Below are positions 42,718 through 51,418 of a stretch of DNA of 64,000 nucleotides, one piece after another. The notes under the pieces are model-generated. The model was not told the DNA's origin. It worked only from the letters and a program-made list of their open reading frames with translations, and did not search any database. The stretch lies in IMG/VR virus record IMGVR_UViG_3300031237_000002, positions 1,423-65,422 of that record; one strand, written 5' to 3'. The number at the start of each line of letters is the position of its first letter. Position 1 is the stretch's first letter. The translations under genes were made by a program, and so were the position numbers. The stretch is from a virus.

Positions 42718-44712
42718 ATGATTCACTTAGACTTCGAATCCCGCAGTGTCTGCAATCTAATAACAGACGGCACGTACAAGTACGCGGCACATCCAACCAC
42801 AGACATTAGCTGTTTCTCATGGTGTATCGGGGATGGCCCGGTATCAGTCTGGTATAATTGGGAACCACTACCAGAAGGACTGTTAGCCGCAGTAGAAGCA
42901 GGTTTATTAATTGCGGCATGGAACGCCAACTTTGAACGGCTGATGTGGAACATGGTGTTGATCCGCTATGGCGCACCAGCCTTGCCAATCAACCGTTTCT
43001 ATTGCGTGGCAGCCAATGCCCGCGCCCGTGGCTACCCCGGCAAACTTGAAAAGGCCGCCCGGTTTGCTGGCCTCGGTGTCGATAAAGATATGGAGGGTTA
43101 CAGGTTAATGATGAAGCTGTGCAGGCCACGGCGCATCGAGGAAGACGGCACCATCGTATGGTGGGAAGACTACAACGATCTGATCCGCCAAGGCGAATAC
43201 TGCGCGCAGGATACCGTCGTTGAGCGCGCTATGAGCGTGCTGTTAATGCCGCTCTCTGAACAGGAGCTGGCTGATTACTGGCTGTCGGAAGAGATAAACG
43301 ACAGGGGTATTCTGGTTGATCGTGAACTTGCAACCGCAGCAGTGGTTGGCGCCGAGTCAGAGAAACTAACTTCTGACGATATCATCAAGAAACTTACCGA
43401 TGGTGACGATGATACCGGTCATGGCGCTACGGCGTGCACACAAGTACAGCGTATTTTGAAATGGGTTGAAGAAGAATGGAAGCCTTTGACCGGTCTTAAA
43501 TTAGTCGATGGCGAATGGAAGCAGATGCCTAGTCTAGCCAAGAGTGATGTACTCGATGCGTTACAAGAGGATGATATACCGCCGCACGTTGCCGACGTCC
43601 TTGAACTCCGACTGGAAAACTCTAAGGCGGCTGTATCTAAGTTCGCCGCAATGCTTAATAAGAGCGACGAAGCCGGTTGCGTCAGAGGTTTATTTGTATT
43701 TCATGGGGCTGGACCGGGGCGGTTCACGTCATTCGGTTTACAAGTCCAGAATCTGGTAAGGGAATCAAATCTGGAAGCGATACCAATCCTCAAAAAGTAC
43801 GGCATGAAAGGGCTGGCCATGATGGGCGAGCCGGTCAAGATTCTGGCGCAGATGGTGCGACCTGCATTCATGGCAGCGCCCGGCAAGACATTGTTGGTTG
43901 GTGACTTTTCGCAAATGCAAGTAAGGATTACTGCATGGCTGGCCGGGCAACAGAACCTGTTGCAGTTGTTCCGCGACAACAAGGATGTTTACTGCGCCTT
44001 TGGCTCCATTGCCTTTGGCCGTCCTATCACCAAAGCCGATATCATCGAGCGGTTTGTTTCGAAGGGCTGCATCCTTGGTCTAGGCTTTGGTGGCGCGGAA
44101 GGCGCACTGGCGCGGACGCTTAAGAAAGAAAACATTATCCTGCCATTCAGCGAATTAAAAGAGCACAAGGAAACTTATCGTGAAGTCTACCCGGAAATTA
44201 AACAACTCTGGTACACATTACGAGACGCAACATTACTCGCTATGTTTTCTCGCGGTACAATTGTACCCGTCGGGCCAGTTAGTTATATGTACGATGGTGA
44301 ACATTTGTGGTGTCGTCTGCCGTCTGGACGGCTCATGTGTTACCCCTATGCCAGAGTCGTGCAAGATGATTACGGCGACTGCATCGAATACCGTCGAGGT
44401 AATCGCAGCCCCAAATCAGGAGTGATGGACTGGCCGGTAGAGCGCTTGTGGTATGGCACCTTTACCGAAAACTTGGCGCAAGCCATTGAGTTTGACTTGA
44501 TGATAAGTGCCATGCGCAAGTTGCGCGCCCGCTATGCGGAACGCATGCCAGTACGTATACATGTTCACGACGAGATAGTTCCAGAGGTTTTAATAGAAGA
44601 GTCAGAAGAACTGCTACCAGAATTCCTTGCGCTTATGGCAGAAGGCGAAGAGTGGAGCGAAGGTTTACCAATTGCCGTGGAAGGCCATATTACTCAGAGG
44701 TACGTAAAATGA
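42718..44712 (+). CDS. DNA polymerase, family A, with 3'-5' exonuclease
   Basis: ExoI LDFES, ExoII WNANFE, ExoIII YCAQD; motif A GDFSQMQVR, motif B RFVSKGCILGLGFG, motif C HVHDE. Confidence 0.92.
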   Translation: MIHLDFESRSVCNLITDGTYKYAAHPTTDISCFSWCIGDGPVSVWYNWEPLPEGLLAAVEAGLLIAAWNANFERLMWNMVLIRYGAPALPINRFYCVAANARARGYPGKLEKAARFAGLGVDKDMEGYRLMMKLCRPRRIEEDGTIVWWEDYNDLIRQGEYCAQDTVVERAMSVLLMPLSEQELADYWLSEEINDRGILVDRELATAAVVGAESEKLTSDDIIKKLTDGDDDTGHGATACTQVQRILKWVEEEWKPLTGLKLVDGEWKQMPSLAKSDVLDALQEDDIPPHVADVLELRLENSKAAVSKFAAMLNKSDEAGCVRGLFVFHGAGPGRFTSFGLQVQNLVRESNLEAIPILKKYGMKGLAMMGEPVKILAQMVRPAFMAAPGKTLLVGDFSQMQVRITAWLAGQQNLLQLFRDNKDVYCAFGSIAFGRPITKADIIERFVSKGCILGLGFGGAEGALARTLKKENIILPFSELKEHKETYREVYPEIKQLWYTLRDATLLAMFSRGTIVPVGPVSYMYDGEHLWCRLPSGRLMCYPYARVVQDDYGDCIEYRRGNRSPKSGVMDWPVERLWYGTFTENLAQAIEFDLMISAMRKLRARYAERMPVRIHVHDEIVPEVLIEESEELLPEFLALMAEGEEWSEGLPIAVEGHITQRYVK

Positions 44713-45143
44713 TCCTCGATCTGAAAGTTAACACTGAGCTGGCCAATTCGCCGGATGCTACTTACCATGAAAAGCTTATGGAGATTATCCACTTCACCAC
44801 TGATTGTGACGATCAGGACGTTATCATTAATATAGTAATTCCTTTCTCTGGTCATATAGTAGAGCTACCAGCGTCATCTAACGCGCTTCGTGTTTATCTG
44901 GATGGTGACGCTTACTATGAATATTCCTACGCGTCCTACTGGAATGGTGAACTGTTGTTAAATAGTGGGACGTTTACACCAGTGCTTGTAAACTATCCAA
45001 TGGTCGGCATGCTAAGCGGCAGCGTACGCAAAAAGATCCCGCACGCTGGCGACCACATCATTACTGTGCAATGCGCTGGCGGTACAATGAGCACTGTCAC
45101 CACCATAAAATCCCAACGGCGTTATCAAGTGTGGAGTTGCTGA
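44709..45143 (+). CDS. Beta-rich hypothetical protein
   Basis: 144 aa from ATG 44709 overlapping the pol stop. Confidence 0.55.
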   Translation: MILDLKVNTELANSPDATYHEKLMEIIHFTTDCDDQDVIINIVIPFSGHIVELPASSNALRVYLDGDAYYEYSYASYWNGELLLNSGTFTPVLVNYPMVGMLSGSVRKKIPHAGDHIITVQCAGGTMSTVTTIKSQRRYQVWSC

Positions 45144-45144
45144 C

Positions 45145-45384
45145 ATGTTATGCAAACGTTGCAATAACCAGATGGTTTGGGTTGGCTCGATGCACGGCGG
45201 CAAGCTGTCGTGCGAGCATTGCGCTAATGACGATAAGGTATTAGGAGGTGGCAACAGTTTGTTGACTGTTAACTTCGACGGTCTTAAACAATACCTCTCA
45301 GAGTCTAAAGCTGGTAGGGAATGCGGCTCTGGTGTAGGCAGCGGGCCTGACGGTGACATGAACTATATGGATTACGATATATGA
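45145..45384 (+). CDS. Small zinc-finger-like protein
   Basis: CKRC and CEHC pairs. Confidence 0.5.
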   Translation: MLCKRCNNQMVWVGSMHGGKLSCEHCANDDKVLGGGNSLLTVNFDGLKQYLSESKAGRECGSGVGSGPDGDMNYMDYDI

Positions 45385-45881
45385 TTATTGGAATCGATCC
45401 CGGCTGCTCTGGCGCCGTAGTCATACTCGATGATAACGGTGGGTACATCGCCCATCTGGATACACCACTAATTAAAGTAGGCAGCAAGAACCGCGTTAAC
45501 GCGGCGGCGGTTGCCGCGTTTATCCGTGACACGATCAACGCCCAACCCTTTCACCATACCTCACTGGTGCATGCCTTTATCGAACAGGTAGGTGCCATGC
45601 CCAAACAAGGCGTAGCCAGCATGTTCACCTTTGGTCATGCCACTGGTGTAATGGAAGGCGTCATTGCCGGGGCTGGCATTGCTGTCACCCACGTAACGCC
45701 GCAGGCGTGGAAGAAATCAGCCGGGCTGATAGGCAGTGACAAGGATGCGGCGCGCTCCCGTGCGATCATGCTATATCCGTTGTTGCGTGAACTCGATGCC
45801 ATTGGTAAAGGTCAGGCGATAGCTGACGCTATACTTATTGCCCGGCATGGTATAAACAACAAGAAGGATACACTGCTATGA
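45381..45881 (+). CDS. RuvC-like Holliday junction resolvase
   Basis: IIGIDPGCSGA, FIEQVGAMPKQGVASMFTFG, PQAWKK, ADAILIA. Confidence 0.85.
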   Translation: MIIGIDPGCSGAVVILDDNGGYIAHLDTPLIKVGSKNRVNAAAVAAFIRDTINAQPFHHTSLVHAFIEQVGAMPKQGVASMFTFGHATGVMEGVIAGAGIAVTHVTPQAWKKSAGLIGSDKDAARSRAIMLYPLLRELDAIGKGQAIADAILIARHGINNKKDTLL

Positions 45882-46030
45882 GTTACTATGTACTAGTCAT
45901 TATTATATACGCTGGCGGTGTCGCGCAAATTAATATGCCTTCTATGGCAGCGTGCTATGAAGCAGCTAAAGATGTTGAATCCTATTTAACGCAAGATGGT
46001 GCAGCCGTTTGCGTGAGGGCTAAGCAATGA
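45878..46030 (+). CDS. 50-aa exported/membrane peptide with two Cys
   Basis: ATGA overlaps on both sides; AAGGA RBS. Confidence 0.5.
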   Translation: MSYYVLVIIIYAGGVAQINMPSMAACYEAAKDVESYLTQDGAAVCVRAKQ

Positions 46031-46233
46031 CAGATACAGTAGATGTACGCACCGTAGGTTGGAACAACCCCGAATGCTGCTATCAGGTAGCAGCCGACGA
46101 AGGCTATGAAGACGATGAAGGTGAATGGCATTCAGACCCACAGTTAAGAGACGAACTGTACTGTAGTATAGACACGGTTAACGCTAAGATGGATTACTGC
46201 CACCGCTGTGATAAATATCTGGTGTACCCATGA
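46027..46233 (+). CDS. Acidic hypothetical protein
   Basis: 68 aa, CHRC motif. Confidence 0.5.
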   Translation: MTDTVDVRTVGWNNPECCYQVAADEGYEDDEGEWHSDPQLRDELYCSIDTVNAKMDYCHRCDKYLVYP

Positions 46234-46877
46234 GCGACCATGCCCGCTTCCCCCCGTCCGGCGCTGACCGCTGGCTGCATTGCGGCTACAGCGTAAAGAT
46301 GGCGCCGTTTTATAAGAGCACTGATAATGCTGCTTCCATTAACGGCACCAATCACCACACCATTGGCTCAATGCATCTGGAGAACGGCACTGAGCCATCT
46401 GATCCCAAGATGCGGATGTACACCAACCACGTAAGAGAGTCCGCCGAAGGCGGCATTCTGTTTATTGAGCGCAAAGTTATCATCGTACCAGACTTATGCG
46501 ACGGTACAGCCGACGCCATCGCCCTGCATCCCGACCACGGCCACGTTATAGATTTAAAGTGGGGCAAGTCTGCCGTTCATGCAGACTGCTCACAGCTTAA
46601 GACGTACGGCGTGGGCGTGGTGAAAGAGTTTAATCTGGATAAAGATTTCCCCATGCGCCAAACCATCGTGCAGCCGAACGGCAGTACAGGCTGGCCGCTT
46701 AAGCATTGGGACACCACCGCTGGCGACTTGCTAAAATTTTACAGCGAGAAAATTATCCCGGCCATCGAGATAGGGCTAAGCCCCAACCCCAAGGCCGTAC
46801 CCGGTAGCTGGTGCTTCTGGTGCCCGGTAAAGTTCCACTGTCAGGCGTACCTGATTACACATGGCAAGAAGAAATAA
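46230..46877 (+). CDS. DUF2800 / Cas4-like PD-(D/E)xK exonuclease
   Basis: HARFPPSGADRWLHC, GTADAI, IDLKWGK, QLKTYG, C-terminal CFWCP...C. Confidence 0.8.
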   Translation: MSDHARFPPSGADRWLHCGYSVKMAPFYKSTDNAASINGTNHHTIGSMHLENGTEPSDPKMRMYTNHVRESAEGGILFIERKVIIVPDLCDGTADAIALHPDHGHVIDLKWGKSAVHADCSQLKTYGVGVVKEFNLDKDFPMRQTIVQPNGSTGWPLKHWDTTAGDLLKFYSEKIIPAIEIGLSPNPKAVPGSWCFWCPVKFHCQAYLITHGKKK

Positions 46878-46878
46878 T

Positions 46879-46906
46879 TTGACAGGCTGATAGGGTGTTG
46901 TATCAT
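46879..46906 (+). promoter_or_regulatory. Putative sigma70 promoter
   Basis: TTGACA-N16-TATCAT, overlapping ATG 46905. Confidence 0.55.
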
Positions 46907-47162
46907 GAAACTACAGAAGCTGAATGAGCTGTCTGGATACAAGATTTATTTCATAGGAGACAAGGCCGTGGAAAAAGATCGGCTTTATCGCTGGCACCCA
47001 GCAGAAAGGTTTGTCCCCGGCCCGAACGATCTTCTGTTTGCACCAAAGACAGGCTTGTACGAATTGCAGCAGCGCATCGCCATGATAATGAAGTGGCGCC
47101 AAGCCGCAGAAGAAGAGGCGCTTAACGCCATCCTGATAATGACAGTGGGAGATTTAAAATGA
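46905..47162 (+). CDS. Hypothetical protein
   Basis: 85 aa. Confidence 0.55.
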   Translation: MKLQKLNELSGYKIYFIGDKAVEKDRLYRWHPAERFVPGPNDLLFAPKTGLYELQQRIAMIMKWRQAAEEEALNAILIMTVGDLK

Positions 47163-47551
47163 TACTCAGTATGGAACAAATACTGGATGATATCCAACGC
47201 CTTAAAAACGTACGTGAGACTTACAATAAAAACGTGGACGCTGAAATAAGTAAGATGTCCATGAAACTGGAAACGCTTATGACTGCTCAAGGCGTTGAGA
47301 GCATCAAGTCAGAATTAGCCAGCGCTGGATATCGCAACAACACCAGCGTAGAAGTCAAGGACTGGAACGCGCTTATGGAGTATGTGGCTAAGAACAACGC
47401 CTTTGACTGTATCCAGAAACGTATCGCCCCGGCACAGCTTGAGAAACGAATCAAGGCTGGCGCTGACATTAAAGGCGTCAGCATCAAGAAATCAAAATCC
47501 TTTGTCATCACTGGAGCTAAACAGAATGAAACTGCCAGCAGCGAAGAATAA
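47159..47551 (+). CDS. Conserved phage coiled-coil protein
   Basis: VEVKDWNALMEYVAKNNAFDCIQKRI motif; function not assigned. Confidence 0.65.
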   Translation: MILSMEQILDDIQRLKNVRETYNKNVDAEISKMSMKLETLMTAQGVESIKSELASAGYRNNTSVEVKDWNALMEYVAKNNAFDCIQKRIAPAQLEKRIKAGADIKGVSIKKSKSFVITGAKQNETASSEE

Positions 47552-47720
47552 AAGCCACGTAGTAAGATGTATCGGTGGGCCATGGCACAATGAATACGTG
47601 CGCTTGCCATTCGTAATGTTCTGCTCGCACGACAGCATGACGCTGCGTATCCGGGTAGGCGATCACGTCGGCCAGTACAACACGCGAACAGGAGTTTGGA
47701 AGAGTGATGGACAATCTTAA
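47526..47720 (+). CDS. Hypothetical protein
   Basis: CIGGPWHN motif; start re-set to ATG 47526. Confidence 0.5.
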   Translation: MKLPAAKNKSHVVRCIGGPWHNEYVRLPFVMFCSHDSMTLRIRVGDHVGQYNTRTGVWKSDGQS

Positions 47721-47982
47721 GGTAACGATCATTGGCCTGCTCCCGCAGCAGGCCAACACAATACGAAGTATCTACGACGACAAACTGGATTTAAAGTTTA
47801 TCGAAGTAGATACTTCCACCATTAAAATACGTTCTACTGCTGAGTCATCAGATCAAGTGGTGTTAATGACAAAGTTCATATCCCATGAAATACGGAACGC
47901 TTTACGTAAGCATGATCTTGTTCATTGTAATGGCGGCGTTTCTTCTCTTAAGCTAAAGCTCGATGCTATGCTACGCCTTTAG
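47707..47982 (+). CDS. DUF2325-like small flavodoxin-fold protein
   Basis: VTIIG..., DQVVLMTKFISH, HCNGGVSSL. Confidence 0.55.
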   Translation: MDNLKVTIIGLLPQQANTIRSIYDDKLDLKFIEVDTSTIKIRSTAESSDQVVLMTKFISHEIRNALRKHDLVHCNGGVSSLKLKLDAMLRL

Positions 47983-48391
47983 CTTTATCCTGACTACGGT
48001 TCCAGCTTAAGCCCATCATCCCCATAACCAACGGCCACAACATTTCCATATCGATCTTTGGTACTGGTGGCGTGTAGAAGCCAAACACTTCCATAAGCCA
48101 CGGTAAGTAAGGCGCCAAGATAAACTGGCTGAATACTACCACTGCGCACATCCAACCGAACGCCGGGCGCCAGCCACTGGCCCACTTGTCAGGACTCGCT
48201 GCCTCGATCTTGTTGACTTCGACTTGAGCATTAAGCCTTGCTGTTTCATCAGCAAGCTTTGCCAGTGCGAATTGGTTTTCATCCTTTTGCAGATCCAGTT
48301 TATATTGTGCCGCTACGGCTGGGTCTGGAAAAATAATATCCAAACCCTTTTCTATTACACGACCTATGCTGTCAATGCCTAACGGGTTCAT
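47966..48391 (-). CDS. Holin (3TM-holin family)
   Basis: PDP...K..LQ..., EAAS.DKWASGWRPAFGW, LVMGMMGL motifs; follows endolysin. Confidence 0.8.
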   Translation of the reverse strand: MNPLGIDSIGRVIEKGLDIIFPDPAVAAQYKLDLQKDENQFALAKLADETARLNAQVEVNKIEAASPDKWASGWRPAFGWMCAVVVFSQFILAPYLPWLMEVFGFYTPPVPKIDMEMLWPLVMGMMGLSWNRSQDKAKGVA

Positions 48392-48912
48392 GGTGTGTCC
48401 TCTGCTGCAAGTTTAAGATTAAGCGCAATGCGCCGTGCCCATCCTTTGCTGAATGTATCCCATGTGCCGACGTAAGTCATAAAATCCAGACGTTCTGCAA
48501 GGAAGTACATCAGTACATCATCAAGCGTCATCTTGTTTACGGCGGCTCTGGTGTTAGGGCCAATCTTGCCATCGTCATCTACACCAACGCCGCGCTGTAG
48601 CATCTTGCTGGTATTGGTCATGCCATGGTTAATGGCTGAGTCGAACAACTGGTAAGACAGCGCAGGCTTCCATTTATCCATGCCGAGTTCCAGCCACCAG
48701 TCACGATAGTAGATCGTCTTGGCCTGTTCGACTGTCAGGTTCTCGATGTCCAGTTCCGGGTAAGTCATGGCGCTGATCCCGAACTTGGTGCCCTTAAGCA
48801 AACCAACCCTGACTTTACCGCTTGTCCAGTTACCTCTGTCGCCGGGGTTTTTCTGAAACCGGCCTTCGTGGCCGATAACCCGATCAAACGATTTATTAAA
48901 TAGGGCGTCCAT
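48388..48912 (-). CDS. Endolysin, glycoside hydrolase family 108
   Basis: IGHEGRFQKNPGDRGNWT, TKFGIS, FDSAINHG, DDGKIGPNT, FSKGWARRI. Start re-set to 48912. Confidence 0.9.
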   Translation of the reverse strand: MDALFNKSFDRVIGHEGRFQKNPGDRGNWTSGKVRVGLLKGTKFGISAMTYPELDIENLTVEQAKTIYYRDWWLELGMDKWKPALSYQLFDSAINHGMTNTSKMLQRGVGVDDDGKIGPNTRAAVNKMTLDDVLMYFLAERLDFMTYVGTWDTFSKGWARRIALNLKLAAEDTP

Positions 48913-49106
48913 TATTTCCACCAGTCTTTAAGGTAAGACACCAACCATGCGAAGCATGAGCCAATGAACAAGATACCGCCGATAAAGCCTTTCTGCCGCT
49001 GTAGGTAGTTTTCTATTTTTTCTAGCCGGTCATCCATCTCGATAAACTTTTCTTCCAGTTCGGTCAGCTTATACAAGATAAGGTCTAGCGATTCTTTCTC
49101 GTTCAT
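48912..49106 (-). CDS. 64-aa coiled-coil plus C-terminal TM protein (lysis cassette)
   Basis: MNEKESLDLILYKLTELEEK...KGFIGGILFIGSCFAWLV; GGAGG RBS. Confidence 0.65.
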   Translation of the reverse strand: MNEKESLDLILYKLTELEEKFIEMDDRLEKIENYLQRQKGFIGGILFIGSCFAWLVSYLKDWWK

Positions 49107-49116
49107 TGCGCACCTC

Positions 49117-49770
49117 CTAAGCGTATTCCCATATAATGCAAATGCCTTGGAACCCGGCACCACCAGCAGCAGCGGATGCAGTACCCGCCGCACATGCCCC
49201 ACCACCGCCAGCGCCATAACCAGTTGCAGCGTTACCGGCTGACGAGTTGCCACTACCAACAATAGTTTGATGGCCGCCGCCACCCAATGGAGTGGTGCCG
49301 CCACTGCCGCCAAAGGAAATGCCTGTAGCTGGTGCATAGCCCGGCGCCCCGACTTGCCCGCTCGATGGTGTAAGGTTGGCTGTGCCGCTGCCTGTACCGC
49401 CAGCACCGCCAGCGCTAAGGCGTGCAATACCCCCCGCTGTGCCGCCTGTACCGGCTGCACCGCCACCCGCCGTAATGACAGATCCGAACGTGGTGTTACC
49501 GCCTGCCGTACCGTTATTAGCCCCGGCTGTACCACCCGCACCACCAGCGCCGATGGTGACAGTGACACCAGAGAAAGCGGACGTAACCCGGCCAGTTACG
49601 TACGCGCCAGCACCACCGCCGCCGCCCACCGCGTTGTTAGCCACGGTCGCTGCGCAGCCACCACCACCAGCCCCGCCGCCTACCGCCTCGACGACAATAC
49701 TTACCGTGCCGGATGTAGGCGTATAAGTCCCGGTAGACGTTTTAACTTGGACACCAATCAAGCGGGCCAT
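49117..49770 (-). CDS. Glycine-rich tail-tip/adhesin-like protein, paralog 3
   Basis: TSTGTYTPT...VEAVGGGAGGGG...GGAGFQGICIIWEY. Confidence 0.7.
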   Translation of the reverse strand: MARLIGVQVKTSTGTYTPTSGTVSIVVEAVGGGAGGGGCAATVANNAVGGGGGAGAYVTGRVTSAFSGVTVTIGAGGAGGTAGANNGTAGGNTTFGSVITAGGGAAGTGGTAGGIARLSAGGAGGTGSGTANLTPSSGQVGAPGYAPATGISFGGSGGTTPLGGGGHQTIVGSGNSSAGNAATGYGAGGGGACAAGTASAAAGGAGFQGICIIWEYA

Positions 49771-49780
49771 TTTAAATTCC

Positions 49781-50434
49781 TCACGAACTATATTCGTAGA
49801 TAACGCAAACGCCTATTGATCCATTGCCGCCAGCTCTGGCTATCGCCGTGCCGTGCCCGCATGCACCGCCGCCGCCAGCGCCAAATCCTGTACCGGCATT
49901 ACCTACCGCACTGGCGCCAGCGATCACGCTACGTATACCGCCGCTGCCCCATATGGACGATCCGCCATAGCCGCCTAAAGAAACTGTCCCGTCCACCGAT
50001 TCACCCAGCTCGCCATGCATGCCAGTGAATGCAGCCAAGCTGGCAGACCCACTGGCTGTACCGCCAGCGCCACCGTTCTGCGCTCTTGGGGAACCCCCGG
50101 CTGTGTCGGCAATACCACCAGATCCACCGCCAGCCGTCAGGACAGAACCAAACGTGGTATCCCCGCCCGCTGTGCCGTTGTTGGTGCCAGCCGCACCGCC
50201 AGCCCCGGCTGCGCCGATGGTCACGGTGACGCCAGAGAACCCGGACGTGATGCGGCCAATCGCCAGAGCACCAGCCCCGCCACCACCTGACCCGGTAACT
50301 TGTCCAGAGGTAGCCGGGCAACCACCGCCACCGCCACCACCACCAATGGCTTTAACGACTATGCTATCGGTGCCAGCCGTTGGTGTATAAGTGCCAGTGG
50401 CGGTTATGGTTTGAATACCCACAAGTCCAGACAT
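49781..50434 (-). CDS. Glycine-rich tail-tip/adhesin-like protein, paralog 2
   Basis: TATGTYTPT...AIGGGGGGGG...GGNGSIGVCVIYEY. Confidence 0.7.
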   Translation of the reverse strand: MSGLVGIQTITATGTYTPTAGTDSIVVKAIGGGGGGGGCPATSGQVTGSGGGGAGALAIGRITSGFSGVTVTIGAAGAGGAAGTNNGTAGGDTTFGSVLTAGGGSGGIADTAGGSPRAQNGGAGGTASGSASLAAFTGMHGELGESVDGTVSLGGYGGSSIWGSGGIRSVIAGASAVGNAGTGFGAGGGGACGHGTAIARAGGNGSIGVCVIYEYSS

Positions 50435-50446
50435 TTTAATTATCTC

Positions 50447-51418
50447 CTAAGTGTTGTATTCGTAGATAAGGCAGATGCCATCTGTACCGGCACCACCCGC
50501 AGCGGCAACAGAACCAGTACCACCACCGCTACCACCTGATCCTTTACCGGCGCCCGCGTTGCCGTTACTGGTGGTGTTTACTTGCGTGCCACCACCGCCG
50601 TAAAGGGTAGAACCGCCTTCACCAGAAAATAAAATAAAGTTGTTATAGGCGTAACCAAGCCCGCCTTGTTCGCCAGTGATGCCCATCAAGCTGGACGATC
50701 CACTGGCTGCACCGCCAGCGCCACCGCCTGCCGCCCTTGGCAAACCGCCGCCTGCTGGCACGGCAACGCCACCGGACCCGCCGCCCGCCGACAATACAGA
50801 GCCAAATGTGGTGGCGCCGCCTGCCGTACCGTTGTTGGCACCAGCCGCGCCGCCAGCCCCTCCAGCACCAATGGTTACGGTGACGCCAGAGAACCCGGAC
50901 GTGATGCGGCCAATCGCCAGAGCGCCAGCCCCGCCACCGCCAGCCGCCGATGTGCCTACGCCGGGCGCACCGCAACCGCCACCGCCGCCACCGCCGCCTA
51001 CCGCTTCAACAATAATGCTGACGGTGCCAGCCGTTGGTGTATAAGCGCCAGTTGCGGTAAACACCTGTATGTTTAACAGGCCACCCGCGTTAGTACCAAA
51101 GGCTGCCAGCGCTGTAGCCGCGCTTGCCAGTCTTGAATTTATAACAGTGCCACCTGACGCGCTTAAGTTAGCCGTAGCATCCATATCAAAGTAAACAGCC
51201 CATACACCAAAGCTGGCGTTGTACCAGCTTATGTCAGATATAGCTGTCATGGTAAAAGGCACTTTAGCTTCGGACGTACCAGCAGCGCCCGCCACGATTT
51301 GCGCTATGGCACTGAGTGCGCCAGCTTCGATGGCGTTACCTAAAATTACGGTTTCGCCAAGGCGATCCGTAATTTCCCGTCTGCTGTTAAGATCCGGCAT
51401 GCGATCAGTAGTAGTCAT
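50447..51418 (-). CDS. Glycine-rich tail fibre protein, paralog 1 (extra N-terminal domain)
   Basis: FTATGAYTPT...EAVGGGGGGGG...GGAGTDGICLIYEY. Confidence 0.7.
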   Translation of the reverse strand: MTTTDRMPDLNSRREITDRLGETVILGNAIEAGALSAIAQIVAGAAGTSEAKVPFTMTAISDISWYNASFGVWAVYFDMDATANLSASGGTVINSRLASAATALAAFGTNAGGLLNIQVFTATGAYTPTAGTVSIIVEAVGGGGGGGGCGAPGVGTSAAGGGGAGALAIGRITSGFSGVTVTIGAGGAGGAAGANNGTAGGATTFGSVLSAGGGSGGVAVPAGGGLPRAAGGGAGGAASGSSSLMGITGEQGGLGYAYNNFILFSGEGGSTLYGGGGTQVNTTSNGNAGAGKGSGGSGGGTGSVAAAGGAGTDGICLIYEYNT

